DNA from: Octopus sinensis
Lineage: Eukaryota
NCBI RefSeq assembly: GCF_006345805.1
Contig: NC_043003.1
Span: 113,708,001 to 113,772,000 of the forward strand
Reading direction: 5' to 3'
DNA: 64,000 bases
The notes beneath the pieces are model-generated. The model was given only the letters and a program-made list of their open reading frames with translations. It was not told the origin of the DNA and did not search any database. Positions 1 through 12,184 of this stretch are shown one piece after another. Numbering within the stretch: the first letter of the stretch is position 1; the number at the start of each line of letters is the position of its first letter. Both the position numbers and the translations under genes were made by a program.

Positions 1-1240
1 CACCCACTTGGGTATCAATCACTTGGACACTTTTTAGTGTGCCATAATATTATCCTCAAAGAAATTAATTTGATACTTTTTCCATTTTAAATCTGGATGC
101 CGTTTCAAGTGTCAAGCATTTAAGGATAGTAAGCTGAATGTATTTATCACCAGAGTAAATGACTAAGGTGGCTTTTTAATTAACAAGCATAGGAATAATA
201 ACAACACTGAGTAAATTCATTTTTCCATTGACACAAGGCCTTGAATCTGTCTAGGGGGTCTACGGAGGTGTGGTTGATTAAATCAATACCCCTTTATTAA
301 TGTTGTTCATTTATTAATCTATCAAGGATGAAAAGCAAAACCAAGCTCAATAGGATTTGAAACCAAAATTTACCAAGTTTGCTATCATCAACACTCTGCT
401 ACACTGGTCATCATCTATCCTTTTATTACAAACAAGTAAGATGATGATGATGATGATGATGATCAAAAACTTGCTGGAGGCACAGGTCTCATGATTAACT
501 CTTTCTTAGTTATTTAAAATCTCATGTCAATTCAGCACAAATCACAATATTAAACAGGGCAACCATGACATGAGATTGAGAGACAAAAAAGAACTATTTA
601 AAAATAAGCGATAAATAAAATTATAAGCTTCTTAAATTATAATTCATTTTTGTATTTGTTTTGCAAGATTCTTGATGTGAATTTGTGTGTTGAAACAAAT
701 CTTGAAATGTCTTGGGAAGGTCATTACACTAATATTAACAGCACATGCTTTGGTTCAGTATCACTTCTTTATTTGTAGTCAGTCGGTTAAATATCTAAGC
801 ACCTAACTAACTGACCATTTGTTTAATATGCTAGTTAAACAATCAATCAGATGTTTGTCAAAGTTCTTCCGTTGCCAATCACAGACTCAAGGTCTACTTT
901 GAATCCTAAATTATGCTGATCGTTGAACTGACATGGAAAATGTCCAGTGAAACTGAGAAGTTGTTTCTGAAGATGATGATGATGACAATGTAATGTGAAT
1001 GATATATGTATATGCAGTAAGTTCACTTAAGAAATATATGAAATGCATATGAATATGACAGTTGCATGCAAAGTCACTGCACAGCTTGTACACATGCAAA
1101 CAAGCATATGAAACCAAATTGAAATTTGCTGCAACACCTGAATGACTGTTATAACATAAAGACTGGCCTGTGTTGTATTATGTGAAGTCCATGTAGACAC
1201 CGGTCTTAACAGGGTCCAATCAACTCATCACTAATACTAG

Positions 1241-1625
1241 CATGGACGTTATCAAAGAAGCTTGAGAGTCGGTTGGATGGAACCTACACTCGCCTCCTTA
1301 TGAGAGCTCAAAATCTCTTGTGGAAGCATCATCCAACCAAAGTACAAATATATGGAAAAATATCACCTGTATCATCTCTTGTGAAAGGTAGGAGAGTCCA
1401 GTTTGCTGGACATTGTTGTAGAGCTGAAAACGAGGTAATTTCTACTCTTCTCCTCTGGAAGCTATCTGCTCACGATACCAGAGGGCGCACACTTTCTTAC
1501 CCTGATGTAATCTCCAGGGATACAGGCATCCAGCAACAGGACCTCCGTAATGCCATGATGGACCGTGAAGTCTGGTGTAACATAGTAAATTCCATCGTCT
1601 CGACCACGGTCGAACAATGAATGAA
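1241..1625 (+). mobile_element. 5'-truncated RTE-clade (RTE-X-like) LINE, C-terminal end of ORF2
   Basis: Translation WTLSKKLESRLDGTYTRLLMRAQNLLWKHHPTK..YGK..V.GRRVQFAGHCCR...MMDREVW matches the post-RT C-terminal region of RTE-type ORF2; ends in a short TGAA-like tail. Confidence 0.8.
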
Positions 1626-2294
1626 GCATGGACACACTATATATCCATTGATCTCCTTTGATTCAGTACAAAGCTTTTTAGGGGTTTTGGTGGTTTGCTT
1701 CTCTCTCGTCTATGTTGATTTTTTTCTTCCTATTATTTGAGACTCACCTAATCACACACAGATATGAAGATAAAAGAGACAGGTCGTTAGCCTTCATCCT
1801 AATGAAATTCAGACTTGAAAATCTGTGACTTAGATAAATTTTTATCAGATTTAGATGAGGACTTATTATCTTCACCGGTTTTGATGCTACCATCATCATC
1901 ATCATCAGTTTGAAAGTTAGAATTCCCAACATCATCATAGCAGCAGCCATCACCACCACCACCATCATCATCATTATCATTATGGTCAACCTAATCACCA
2001 TCACTAGTTACCCTGTCACCAACACCATTAACATCAATCTTATTGTCCTAGGCAGCCATACAACTGTTGTTGTCATCAGTCTTCTTGTCATTGTTAGTTT
2101 TATTTCTTTATCTTCTCTTAGTATGGATGATTAAATAGGTCTTCATTTAACTTTAATCAAGCTTACCAGCCTGTTTCACTAGTTGGATCTTCTCTCTCTC
2201 ACATACATACATACATACATAAACACACACACACATACACACACACATACATACATACATAAACACACACATACATATACATACATACATACAC

Positions 2295-2338
<44 letters not shown>

Positions 2339-3003
2339 TATGTATGTATATTCATACATATATATATTTCAATGTAATTAGGCATGAGTGTTCATAGTTT
2401 TCCAACATACAATTATATTTTGAAGCTGAAATTGAATTTTAAGCAATCTAAATTCTTCTCTAAGGCCATATTGTTTATTATTTTTTTCGTTCAATCCAGC
2501 TATGTAATGAATGCATCCATTGATGTAGTGTTGTATATTAAAACATTGAAAAATATTATCAAAGTGGGTTAGCTTGCTGATTCTATAGAACAGGAGCTAA
2601 TTGATCAAATATTCATATTCCAATCGCCAGTGTTGCATTTGGGGCCAATTATCATACGATCCAGACTATGTTGATATAAATATATTTATGTTATTAAAAA
2701 GGAGTTGAGTACTAACTTATAAATATTTTGATATATTGCTGCTCTCAAATTCTTCCATGCCTAAATACAATGAATTCTTCATTGAATGATTAGATAAAAT
2801 TTTATACATGTCATTCCCTTAATTGGGTATTGGAAACTGATAAGAATGATCAGAGTGTTTTGCTATTCAAATATGCCTACTAACTAATTAAATTCTGAAA
2901 TCCTGACCCAACCCGACTCAAGTCTTCATTCTCTCATGTTTTCAGTGTGGCATGAATGACTTACAGTAATATATATATCTACATATATTGCCGCTGATAA
3001 AGA

Positions 3004-3239
3004 GGGTTGACGTGCAAGAGCCCTTTGCCAGGCTCCCATGAAAAGCACTCCTGCTGGTACCATGTAAGGACGCTTGTGATGGTGTCACATTCAAAGTACC
3101 CAGCACACACTGTAAAGCAATTAGCATGAAGAAGGGCTTCCAGCCATCAAAACCAGACCAAATCGAACTGGATCCTGATGCTGCCTGCCAACTCTAGTCA
3201 AACTATCCAACACATGCCAGCAGGAAAAACAGACGTTAA

Positions 3240-3270
<31 letters not shown>
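3004..3270 (+). mobile_element. Decayed 3' end of RTE-type LINE (family D) with (GAT)n tail
   Basis: Diverged match to the GGAAGGGCATCCAGC...GCATGGAAAACGGACGTTAAA-(GAT)n 3' end seen repeatedly in this window. Confidence 0.6.
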
Positions 3271-3271
<1 letters not shown>

Positions 3272-3319
3272 AATATATAAGTATATATATAAATCCACAC
3301 ACACACATTTGTATATATA

Positions 3320-3653
3320 CATCACCATTATTGTTTAACATCCATTTCCCATGCTGGCATAGCTTGGATGGTTTGATGACAGAAGCTGGTCAGCCAGGGA
3401 GTTGTTGTCCAGACTCCAACTGTCTGTTGTGACATCCTTTCTATGACTGGATGCCCTTCCTGACGCCAACCACTTTACAAAGTCTGATGTGTGCTCTTTA
3501 TGTGCTACCAGCACAGGTGCATCTATACAGTACTGGCAGAAGTGCCTTTTGTGTGGCACTGGCACCTGTAAGGGACCAACCAGTATGTATGAATGACAGC
3601 AATTTTACTTAGCTTGATGCATCTTCTCAAGAACAACAAATCGCCATAGTCCC
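3320..3653 (-). mobile_element. 3' end of RTE-type LINE (family D) including ORF2 stop
   Basis: Minus strand reads WRFVVLEKMHQAK* (compare WRCAVTMKTRQIK* at 61226), followed by the family-D 3'UTR. This links family D to an RTE ORF2. Confidence 0.75.
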
Positions 3654-5324
3654 TGTGTATACACACACATATACACACATTTAGTATAAGGAACCAACTA
3701 CATCATCATCATCATCATCATCTTAATGTTGATTCCCTTGAAACTTATCTTGTGTTTTTGATTTTGCTCAGTAAGTCAGAGGATGAAGTGTTCAACACCA
3801 TAATTATAATGATAATGATAATTGGGTTCCCTTGTTTGCACATTATTGAATACATTCATGTCACAATGACATATTCATTAAAAGGGTTAATGAGAATTAA
3901 GATGTTTGTTTTATATTCTGTGAGCAGACCTTGATAGAATTCCTTTCGTCAGAAAAATTGGTGTAAATTTTGTTTATATTTAGAGGGGAAAAAAATAGCA
4001 AAGAAAAAGGTTAGAATTAGAAACAAAAAATAAACACAAATATTTAAGGAAAAAAAAACCTTATCAGCTGCAGTTATCTTTATATTTCAGGAGAGGACTG
4101 TATACTTCAGATCATTAAATGATAACACTGTTGCCTCTAGTTTAAAAAAGAAAAGATGCTCACATGCAGAATATTCTCTCTCTCTCTCATTTATTAAACC
4201 ACACATTAAGAAAAACAAGAATCAGATGCATAAATAATAAAGTCTATATGATATTGAATACGTTTTCCCTTGTTTATATGCTCAGATACATGTGAAAAAA
4301 GGCAAAATTGAAAGTAAGAAATAAACCCCTTGGACTTAGGAAAACTACATGGAGACATAGGGGGGGAAATATGAGGAGTAGAGAGAAGAAAAGGAGAGGC
4401 ACTTGTGAGAGGGATAGGTACAAAAAGAGAGACAAAAAGAATGAGAGAGAGAGAGAGAAAGAGAGAGAGATGAAGGTGACAATTTTTTCAAGGGCCAATG
4501 ACTGGAAGGTGTTAGAGAGGGCTAATGGAGGTCATTCTTAATACAAACCATTTAAGTTAGAGGAAAAGAGGGAAAAAACAGTGATAGCTAAGAAACAATA
4601 CAGTGGTGGTGGGGGGTTAACATATAGTACTGGGGTCCAAAGAAACAAATTCTAGATTTTATAATCTAATGGATCAATAAAATGAGATGAATATATTGAT
4701 TCGCACTCTCCATTGGTTTGAAGTGATACCACAGAAGATTTCATCTTAATGGATTTTAGCTGAGGATAGAGCTGCAGACAGCAGTGTAAACTAGTGAAAT
4801 ATATATATTTCTGAAGTTACTGTTACTAGTTCCCACTACTCAGGCTGCTGTTTAAAAAAAAAAAACCCAAAAAGTATAAAGATTAGGAGCAAAGTGAGTA
4901 CAAAGTGTAAAGTGAGTTTGATTAAATTATGCAGTTGGATCTATTCCTATAATGATTTTCAATCACTGGACTGTGACCACAGTGAGGCATAGCCATCTGC
5001 AGAGCAACCAGTTACATTAGTTGTTGGTCTGGAGAAGATGAAAGGCAAAGTAGATCTGGGTAGTATTTGAATGCTCTGATGTAAAGGAGCAAAATACAAA
5101 TATTAAACTGGTTCATTTGAATTCTCCACATCCTGCCATACCCTCACACTTGGATATATCTGAATAATGTGTTACTTGTCAATAATTGTCAACGCCCAAT
5201 TCAGAGGCATTCAGAAGTACAAAGTAATATTTCACATTTGCCAATGTGCAGAGTATGCAAGAGATTGCTGAATAGGCAAAATATACACACACACACACAC
5301 ACACATACATATATATATGTATAT

Positions 5325-5540
5325 AAAATAATAAGGGTAAAATTAATTAATTAATTGATAATTAATAATTCCACCAAGTAGGGATTTGGTATGTAAAAGA
5401 CCATTATCGGTAAATTTAAACAATATTTATTATAATAAGGGTTAGGCAAAAGAATTTGCTTCACCACACACCGAACTTTAGAAATAAAGGAATATTCTAA
5501 AGTTCGGTGTGTGGTGAAGCAAATTCTTATTATAATATAT
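5325..5540 (-). mobile_element. Short repeat (family F1, putative Penelope-like 3' end) with perfect 34-bp fold-back
   Basis: Homologous to 34355-34545; bounded by (TA)n/(CA)n; AATAAA on minus strand; arms 5450-5483 and 5495-5528 are exact reverse complements. Confidence 0.5.
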
Positions 5541-5729
5541 AATATATATATATACACATATATATTTTGTTTTTGGATTTGGTTTGCAGGATTCTTTATA
5601 TGAGTTTGTGCATTGAAGCATATTCTGTTGTGTCTGGGGAGAGTCATTTTCTTTTGTGCCTTATTTTACTGGTGTGTGTGTTATATTATAAGGTACAAAA
5701 AGAAAAGGACTCTCCCCAGACACAACAGA

Positions 5730-5761
<32 letters not shown>

Positions 5762-5859
5762 TATATGATGATGATGATGATGATGATTACATGTAGCTCC
5801 ACCTATAATCCTAACCTTTACTTAAAATCTAAATTTTTTTTTCTGCATTGCTCTGACTC

Positions 5860-6930
5860 CACTAACAAACTTGCTAAATGAAACTACCTTGGGTTATAGA
5901 TACTACGGACAAACAATAAACCGTTTCCCATACATGGATGACTTTAAAATTTTCACTAAAAATACCACGGAACAGAGAAACCTTCTAAGAACTGTCCACA
6001 GTTTCAGCAAAGACATTGGGATGAGCATGGGACTGGACAAATGTGCAAAAGTGACATTGAGAAGAGGCAAGTTAAGCAACACTGACGACACTGCACTCAA
6101 ACCAGAGAATTAGACCATAATCATCCATACAAATATCTTGGAATGGCAGAAACAGCTAAAACACAACACATAGAAATGAAAGAGAAAATCAGGAGAGAGT
6201 ATTACAGAAGAGTTAGACTAATATTAAACATTGAACTTAATGCTGAAAATAAGATAATAGGGATAAACACACTAGCCGTACCAATCATAAATTACAGCTT
6301 CAACGTAATAAACTGGAAGATTAGTGAATTGAGAAGCTTGGATAGGAAAACCAGAAAACTATTAACAGCATTCTGAAGACACTACCTCAAAGCAGATATG
6401 GGCAGAATATATCTACCCCACTCAGAAGGAAGCCATGGCCAAACACAGTTAGAGAATTACTATGAAATAACAACAGTTGGATTAGAAAAGTACTTAGAAA
6501 CAAAATGTGGAAGACTACTACATGGAGTAAAGCAGCACGAAAACAGAAAATGCTTTTCTCTATACACAAGGAGGTAACAAAATACAAAACAGAAACAAAC
6601 TACTCTGATACACTGATCTCAGATGACAACATAACAGAAATGGTCAAAGAGACAAAAAGAAAAAAATATGAAAACAGAACTACAAAACATACTAAGGAAG
6701 AAATGGGGAGGAAAATCACTCTATGGACAATACCCTGCAAAGGCTTTACAGAGAAGCAGTAAAAGCCAACAATGGCTCACAAGTTCTGGACTAAAAGCTG
6801 AAACAGAAGGTCTGTACAAGACTGCCTGACCACAAACAACTATAAAAGCAAAACAATGAAAACAGGCCCTAACACCAAATACAGAATGTGCAACCAGAAC
6901 AATGAGACCATAAAAATTTGCCTGAAACTA
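5860..6930 (+). mobile_element. R4/Dong-clade non-LTR retrotransposon fragment (RT to zinc-knuckle region), frameshifted
   Basis: INRFPYMDDFKIF..LLRTVHSFSKDIGMSMGLDKCAK, EMKEKIRREYYRRVRLIL..ELNAENKIIGINTLAVPIINYSF and YRMCNQNNETI are motifs typical of R4/Dong ORFs; multiple stops and deletions. Confidence 0.8.
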
Positions 6931-6954
6931 TCAAATGTTGAATACAATAAGGAC

Positions 6955-7670
6955 AATTTTGGCACAAGACTAGCAGTTTAGGAGTAGGGGCTATGTCAAG
7001 TACATCGACCCCAGTCCTCAACTAGTACTTGTTTTATTGAGCTGGAAAAGATGAAAGGCAAAGCCAACCTTGGCAGAATTTGAACTCAGAACATACAGGC
7101 GGACGAAATAGTGCTAAGCATTTTGCCCAATGTCCTAACAACTCTGCCAGCTCACTACCTGAATAATAATAATCCTTTTCTACTGGAAGCTCATGGTCTC
7201 AAATTTGGGGGAAGGGATTAGGTCGATTACATCAAACCCAGTGCATAACTGGTACTAATTTTATCGACCCAGAAGGATGAAAGGCTAAGTCAATCTTGGC
7301 AGAATTTGAACTCAAAACATAGTGATGAGTGAAGAACTGATAAGCATTTCGTCCAACGTGCTAATGACTCTGCCAGCTTATCACCTTAATAATAATAATA
7401 ATAATAATAATAATGATAATCCTTTCTACTAAAGGCACAAGGCCAGGATTTTTGTGGAGAGGGGACACCTGATCACATCAATCCCAGTACTTGACTAGTA
7501 CTTAATTTATTGACCCAAAAGAATGAAAGGCAAAGTCTACCTTTGTGGAATTTGAACTCAGAATGTATCGAAAGACAAAATACTGCTAAGCATTTCGCCC
7601 AGCTTGCTAACAATTCTGCCAGCTCAGTGCCTTATTATTAGTAATAATAATAATAAAAATAATAATAATC
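6955..7670 (-). mobile_element. Head-to-tail array of three old tRNA-derived SINEs (family B') separated by (TAA)n
   Basis: Three repeats of ...GATGAAAGGCAAAG...GCAGAATTTGAACTCAG...CTGCCAGCTC, each bounded by AAT repeats. Confidence 0.7.
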
Positions 7671-7826
7671 ATGAATTGCCAAATCTGCTCCAGCTGGTAA
7701 TTTTATGCAGCATATTGACAAAAAAGACTGTAAGACTGTTTTGTGTGTTTCTTACTTTTCCATACTTATTGAGATTGTAACAGGAAAGCAACATAAAGAT
7801 CTAATTTTTCATAATTAGAATACCAT

Positions 7827-8393
7827 AGCAGGAATTGCTGTGTGGTAAGTAGCTTGTTTACCAACCACATGGTTCTGGGTTCAGTCCCACTGTGTGGCAC
7901 CTTGGGCAAGTGTCTTCTACTATAGCCCCGGGCCGACCAAAGCTTTGTGAGTGGATTTGGTAGACAGAAACTGAAAGAAGCCCGTTGTATATATGTGTGT
8001 TTTGGCGTTAGGAAGGGCATCCAGCCATAGAAACACTGCCAGATCTGACTGGGCCTGATGAAGCCTTCCAGCTTCACAGACCCCAGTTGAACCGTCCAAC
8101 CCATGCTAGCATGGAGAACGGACGCTAAATGATGATGATGATGATATATGTATATGTGTATATGTACATATATATATATATATGTTTGTGTGTCTGTGTT
8201 TCTTCCCCTAGCATCGCTTGACAACCGATGCTGGTGTGTTTATGTGAACTTAGCGGTTCAGCAAACGCGACCGATAGAATAAGTACTGGGCTTACAAAAG
8301 AATAAGTCCCGGGGTTGAGTTGCTCGATTATAGGCGGTGCTCCAGCATGGCCGCAGTCAAATGACTGAAACAAGTAAAAGAGAGTAAAGAGTA
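7827..8393 (+). mobile_element. tRNA-derived SINE family A, full length, with nested truncated family-D LINE end (8002-8144)
   Basis: Head GCAGGA.TGGCTGTGTGGTAAG..GGTTCAGTCCC (A/B-box-like), central TA/TG tract, tail GAAACAAGTAAAAGAGTA; the D fragment interrupts the central microsatellite. Confidence 0.85.
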
Positions 8394-8710
8394 TGTTACT
8401 ATCTGCTCTATCTTAATGCTAAAACGACTGAACTCTAAATATTCTCATGATTTCACCTCACATTATATTGCTTCAGATATGAGCTTAAGACACAAATCAA
8501 TAACAGTTCATAAATTACTTTGACTCTAGTTTCATAGAATTTTTTCTCTAATTTACAAGACTGGTGATGATGGGGGGAGGGGGAGGGCGGTGGAATGAGG
8601 TTTATTTATCCACTCAACATTTAATCACCTCCCCCCACTCCTTATCATAGGAGCTGTTGTTGTATTACTTAGTTTTATTTGTTATTCTGCCACTTCGTTT
8701 TTAAACAGTT

Positions 8711-9096
8711 ACTCTTTTACTTGTTTCAGTCATTTGACTGCGGCCATGCTGGAGCACCGCCTTTTAGTCGAGCAACTCAACCCCGGGACTTATTCTTTTT
8801 GTAAGCCCAGTACTTATTCTATCAGTCTCTTTTTGCCGAACCGCTAAGTTACGGGGACATAAACACACCAGCATCGGTTGTCAAGCAATGGTAGGGGAAC
8901 AAACACAGACACACAAACACACACACATATATACGACAGGCTTCTTTCAGTTTCCGTCTACCAAATCCACTCACAAGGCATTGGTCGGCCTGGGGCTATA
9001 GCAGAAGACACTTGCCCAAGATGCCACGCAGTGGGACTGAACCCGGAACCATGTGGTTGGTTAGCAAGCTACTTACCACACAGCCACTCCTGCGCC
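8711..9096 (-). mobile_element. SINE family A, full length
   Basis: Reverse complement of the family A sequence seen at 39209 and 55105. Confidence 0.85.
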
Positions 9097-9859
9097 TTAT
9101 TTAATGAACATTACAAAGGTACACAAATTCTTAAAATAATAAAAAGACGAAATACACAGAATTTTCAGTCCATTTTTAGGAATAAGGTTGTGAAGCAGGG
9201 AACGACAGTGTGTGGGTGTTTTAGTTTTTGTTCGATCGTATCATCTTCCTCCCCTTCCTCCTGCTCCTCCTCATCATCATCATCATTTTGTGCACTACTA
9301 TTTTTACTATTTGTAAAAATTATTATTGATTTAAAGCAAACGTGTTTTTGTTCTGCTTTTGTTTTTAAGAAGAGGGAAAAAGACAAAAACTAATTTCCAG
9401 CTCAGCTCAATGCTTATCAATCAACACGCAATTCAACACAACACTCCATACCAAAAATGTTTTGCTTTTACCATTTTCTGGGTAAGAGAACAGCAGCTGT
9501 GATATTGGCGCGTGGGAAGGGAAAAGAAATAAAAAGAAATAGATAAAAACATCAAAAGGAAAGCCTATGTGTATTATTAAGACAAATGGAAAACAACAAT
9601 AACAATTATGGTGATGATGATGATAGTGGTGGAAGTGGAGGCGGTGGTGGTTTAAATAAGTATATAAATCAATTATGAAGAATAAAAGAAGAAATGGAAA
9701 TTGAAGACCGAAGAAAGAGAGATGATATCTTATTATTTGTGAGCAGAGTGTTAGTCGTATTGTATGGAATGGAATGACAAAATGAAGTATCCAGATTTGT
9801 CTTTATAAAAGTATATATATATATATCAGAGTAAGGACATAAATGTGAATCAAGGTGGA

Positions 9860-10040
9860 AAAAAAGAGTACTCAAATACCAGAGGTAGAGTAATATGCTT
9901 TATTTAAAAGCAGCATGATATTTCTGCTGCTTTTAAATAAAGTATATATATTATATATATATATAATATATATATATTTATATATATATATATATTTATA
10001 TATATTATATATATATATATTTATATATATATATATATAT

Positions 10041-10071
<31 letters not shown>

Positions 10072-10330
10072 ATATTATATATATATATATATTTATATTA
10101 TATATATATATTTATATATATATATATAAATATATATATTTATATATAAAGGTAGTGAATAGCTTTCAGAACATTTATAAGAGAAGGTCTTACAGCTGTT
10201 TCCAGGATATTTTATATATCCCTTCATCAGAGACGTTGCAAGAAAGTGTTTAAGTAATAATTATTGTAGAGAAGATACAAAATACAGAGGGAAGTGAAGG
10301 AATGAAAATAGAAGTGAGACACATAAGGAT
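9860..10330 (-). mobile_element. Putative Penelope-like element remnant with hammerhead motif, 18-bp fold-back and ~200-bp interrupted (TA)n
   Basis: Hammerhead-like fold at 10187-10234; perfect inverted repeat 9898-9915/9925-9942 next to AATAAA. That both parts belong to one element is inferred. Confidence 0.45.
10187..10234 (-). ncRNA. Minimal type-I hammerhead ribozyme-like motif
   Basis: Minus strand GTCT-CTGATGA-A-GGGATAT(ATAAA)ATATCCT-G-GAAA-CAGCTG-TA-AGAC: stem I 4 bp, intact core, 7-bp stem II behind an A.G juxtaposition, palindromic ACAGCTGT stem III, GUA site. Confidence 0.6.
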
Positions 10331-11078
10331 ATTGTATTTGCAGTTCCATTATTTAAGCAGAATGGTGTGTATATAAGTTTACTGTACCTTGTGTGTATCC
10401 ACACACACACACACACACATATATAAGTAAACGGATTCAGTGTGGTTATTTACATGTATGTATATAGCTGGATACATACTTAAGTACAAATGCATGTATA
10501 TAGACACATTCTTTTACACATACATATGAATGCAAAAATTAACTTGTACCTTTTCCATTTCCTGTTTTTAGAGTATGGCCATGCTGGAGCACTGCTTTGC
10601 TTAATTTTTTAAATGCAACTATCTCCCTCCCCCTTTATATATACATGTATGCAAGCGCACACACACACACACACACACTACATACCTGCACAACACATAT
10701 ATACGTAGTGTTACTTTGACTGAGGATTAACGGGAAGCTAAAGTTTGGTGAAAACATTGGTGTGTAAATGGTTGAGTATTCCACAGTCATGTGAAGCATT
10801 AGTGTAATCATCAGGTAGAACCCTACAAAAAGAATGTGTGTAACAAGACTGCACTTTTGAATTACTTGAACAGTCAACCTGATGTGCTCCTACACTGTTT
10901 GTGTCTAAGGAATGATATATGGATGGACAGAAAAAATGGTGGTGATTCACAATAACAAGCTGGAGGAAAGCCACAGATAAATAGGATAGCAGCCAATTAG
11001 ATCAGCAGTTCATATCTCATTATTGGCACCGACCATTTAGTTAACCCTAACCCTCACTACACGAAATAGAGTTCATGC

Positions 11079-11298
11079 ATTACTCTTTACTCTTTTACTT
11101 GTTTCAGTCGTTTGACTGCGGCCATGCTGGAGCACCACCTTTAATCGAGCAACTCGACCCCAGGACTTATTCTTTGTAAGCCGAGTACTTATTCTATCAG
11201 TCTCTTTTGCCGAACCGCTAACTGACGGAGACATAAATACCCCAGCATCGGTTGTCAAGCAATGCTAGGGGGACAAACACAGACACACAAACACACAC

Positions 11299-11343
<45 letters not shown>

Positions 11344-11505
11344 TACGACGGGCTTCTTTCAGTTTCCGTCTACCAAATCCACTCACAAGGCTTTGGTCAG
11401 CCCGAGGCTATAGTAGAAGACACTTGCCCAAGGTGCCATGCAGTGGGACTGAACCCAGAACCATGTGGTTGGTAAACAAGCTACTTACCACACAGCCACT
11501 CCTGC
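11079..11505 (-). mobile_element. SINE family A, full length
   Basis: Same head, central (TA)n and tail as the other family A copies. Confidence 0.85.
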
Positions 11506-12184
11506 ATGGTAGAATTCTTTATATAACTAATACAATTACTTTTACTAACTAGCTTTTAATGCATTGTTGAAATTCTCTTTTGTCTGGTAATTAGGGAAGT
11601 TTATTCTTAACAAATCTGACTTGTTACAAGCACTCTCTATATAAGAAGAGTTACATCTCATATCCCTCTATTTAATGACATTATGGGATGAGTTGTAATT
11701 TCTTCAGATCAAGTCAAAGTAACCGGGATATTTCTGATCTTTGTTGAGTTATGGAACATTTACTTTCACAAACTGAACTGTTTATAGATAATTATAATCA
11801 TGTTGTCGCAGTCAGTTTTACAAAATAATTGTTATTGATGTTCAGAAGCTGAAAATTTTCTTTATGATTATTCTATTGCTGACGATATTTTTATTATTTG
11901 CTTCTTTGTGTTTAAGCTGTGACAGATGCTCACATTAAGAAGATGTATGAATGAAATGTAGCAAAGAAAACCATTTAATCCTTTTGATCAATCTTAAGAT
12001 TCAAAAGAGATTGATTAACTTTGATTTCTTTAATGCTAAGTAGACAGAAAAGGCTGAACCTCTCCAAAACACTTATCAGTCACAAGTAACATATCCCAGA
12101 TTTTCATCCTTCTCCCCTCATCAAAAACCAAAAGGTTATGTATGTCATTCCCTAAATATACAACAAAATGGACCATGGTAGAGT

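Noticed and set aside
8050-8085. CTGATGA followed by an AGCC/GGCT hairpin in family D (also ~31478, ~32466)
   Set aside because: No GAAA or stem III/UH after the hairpin, so not a hammerhead.
9200-9490. Possible plus-strand first exon (MLINQHAIQHNTPYQKCFAFTIFW|GTAAGA) and the acidic minus-strand ORF 9165-9386
   Set aside because: Only a single donor-like hexamer; the acidic run comes from a CAT/CCT triplet tract; no partner exons found.
12036-12152. Phase-1-compatible minus-strand exon candidate (GNDIHNLLVFDEGRRMKIW...)
   Set aside because: The acceptor is plausible but there is no strong donor, the frame ends in a stop, and the peptide is unrecognisable.
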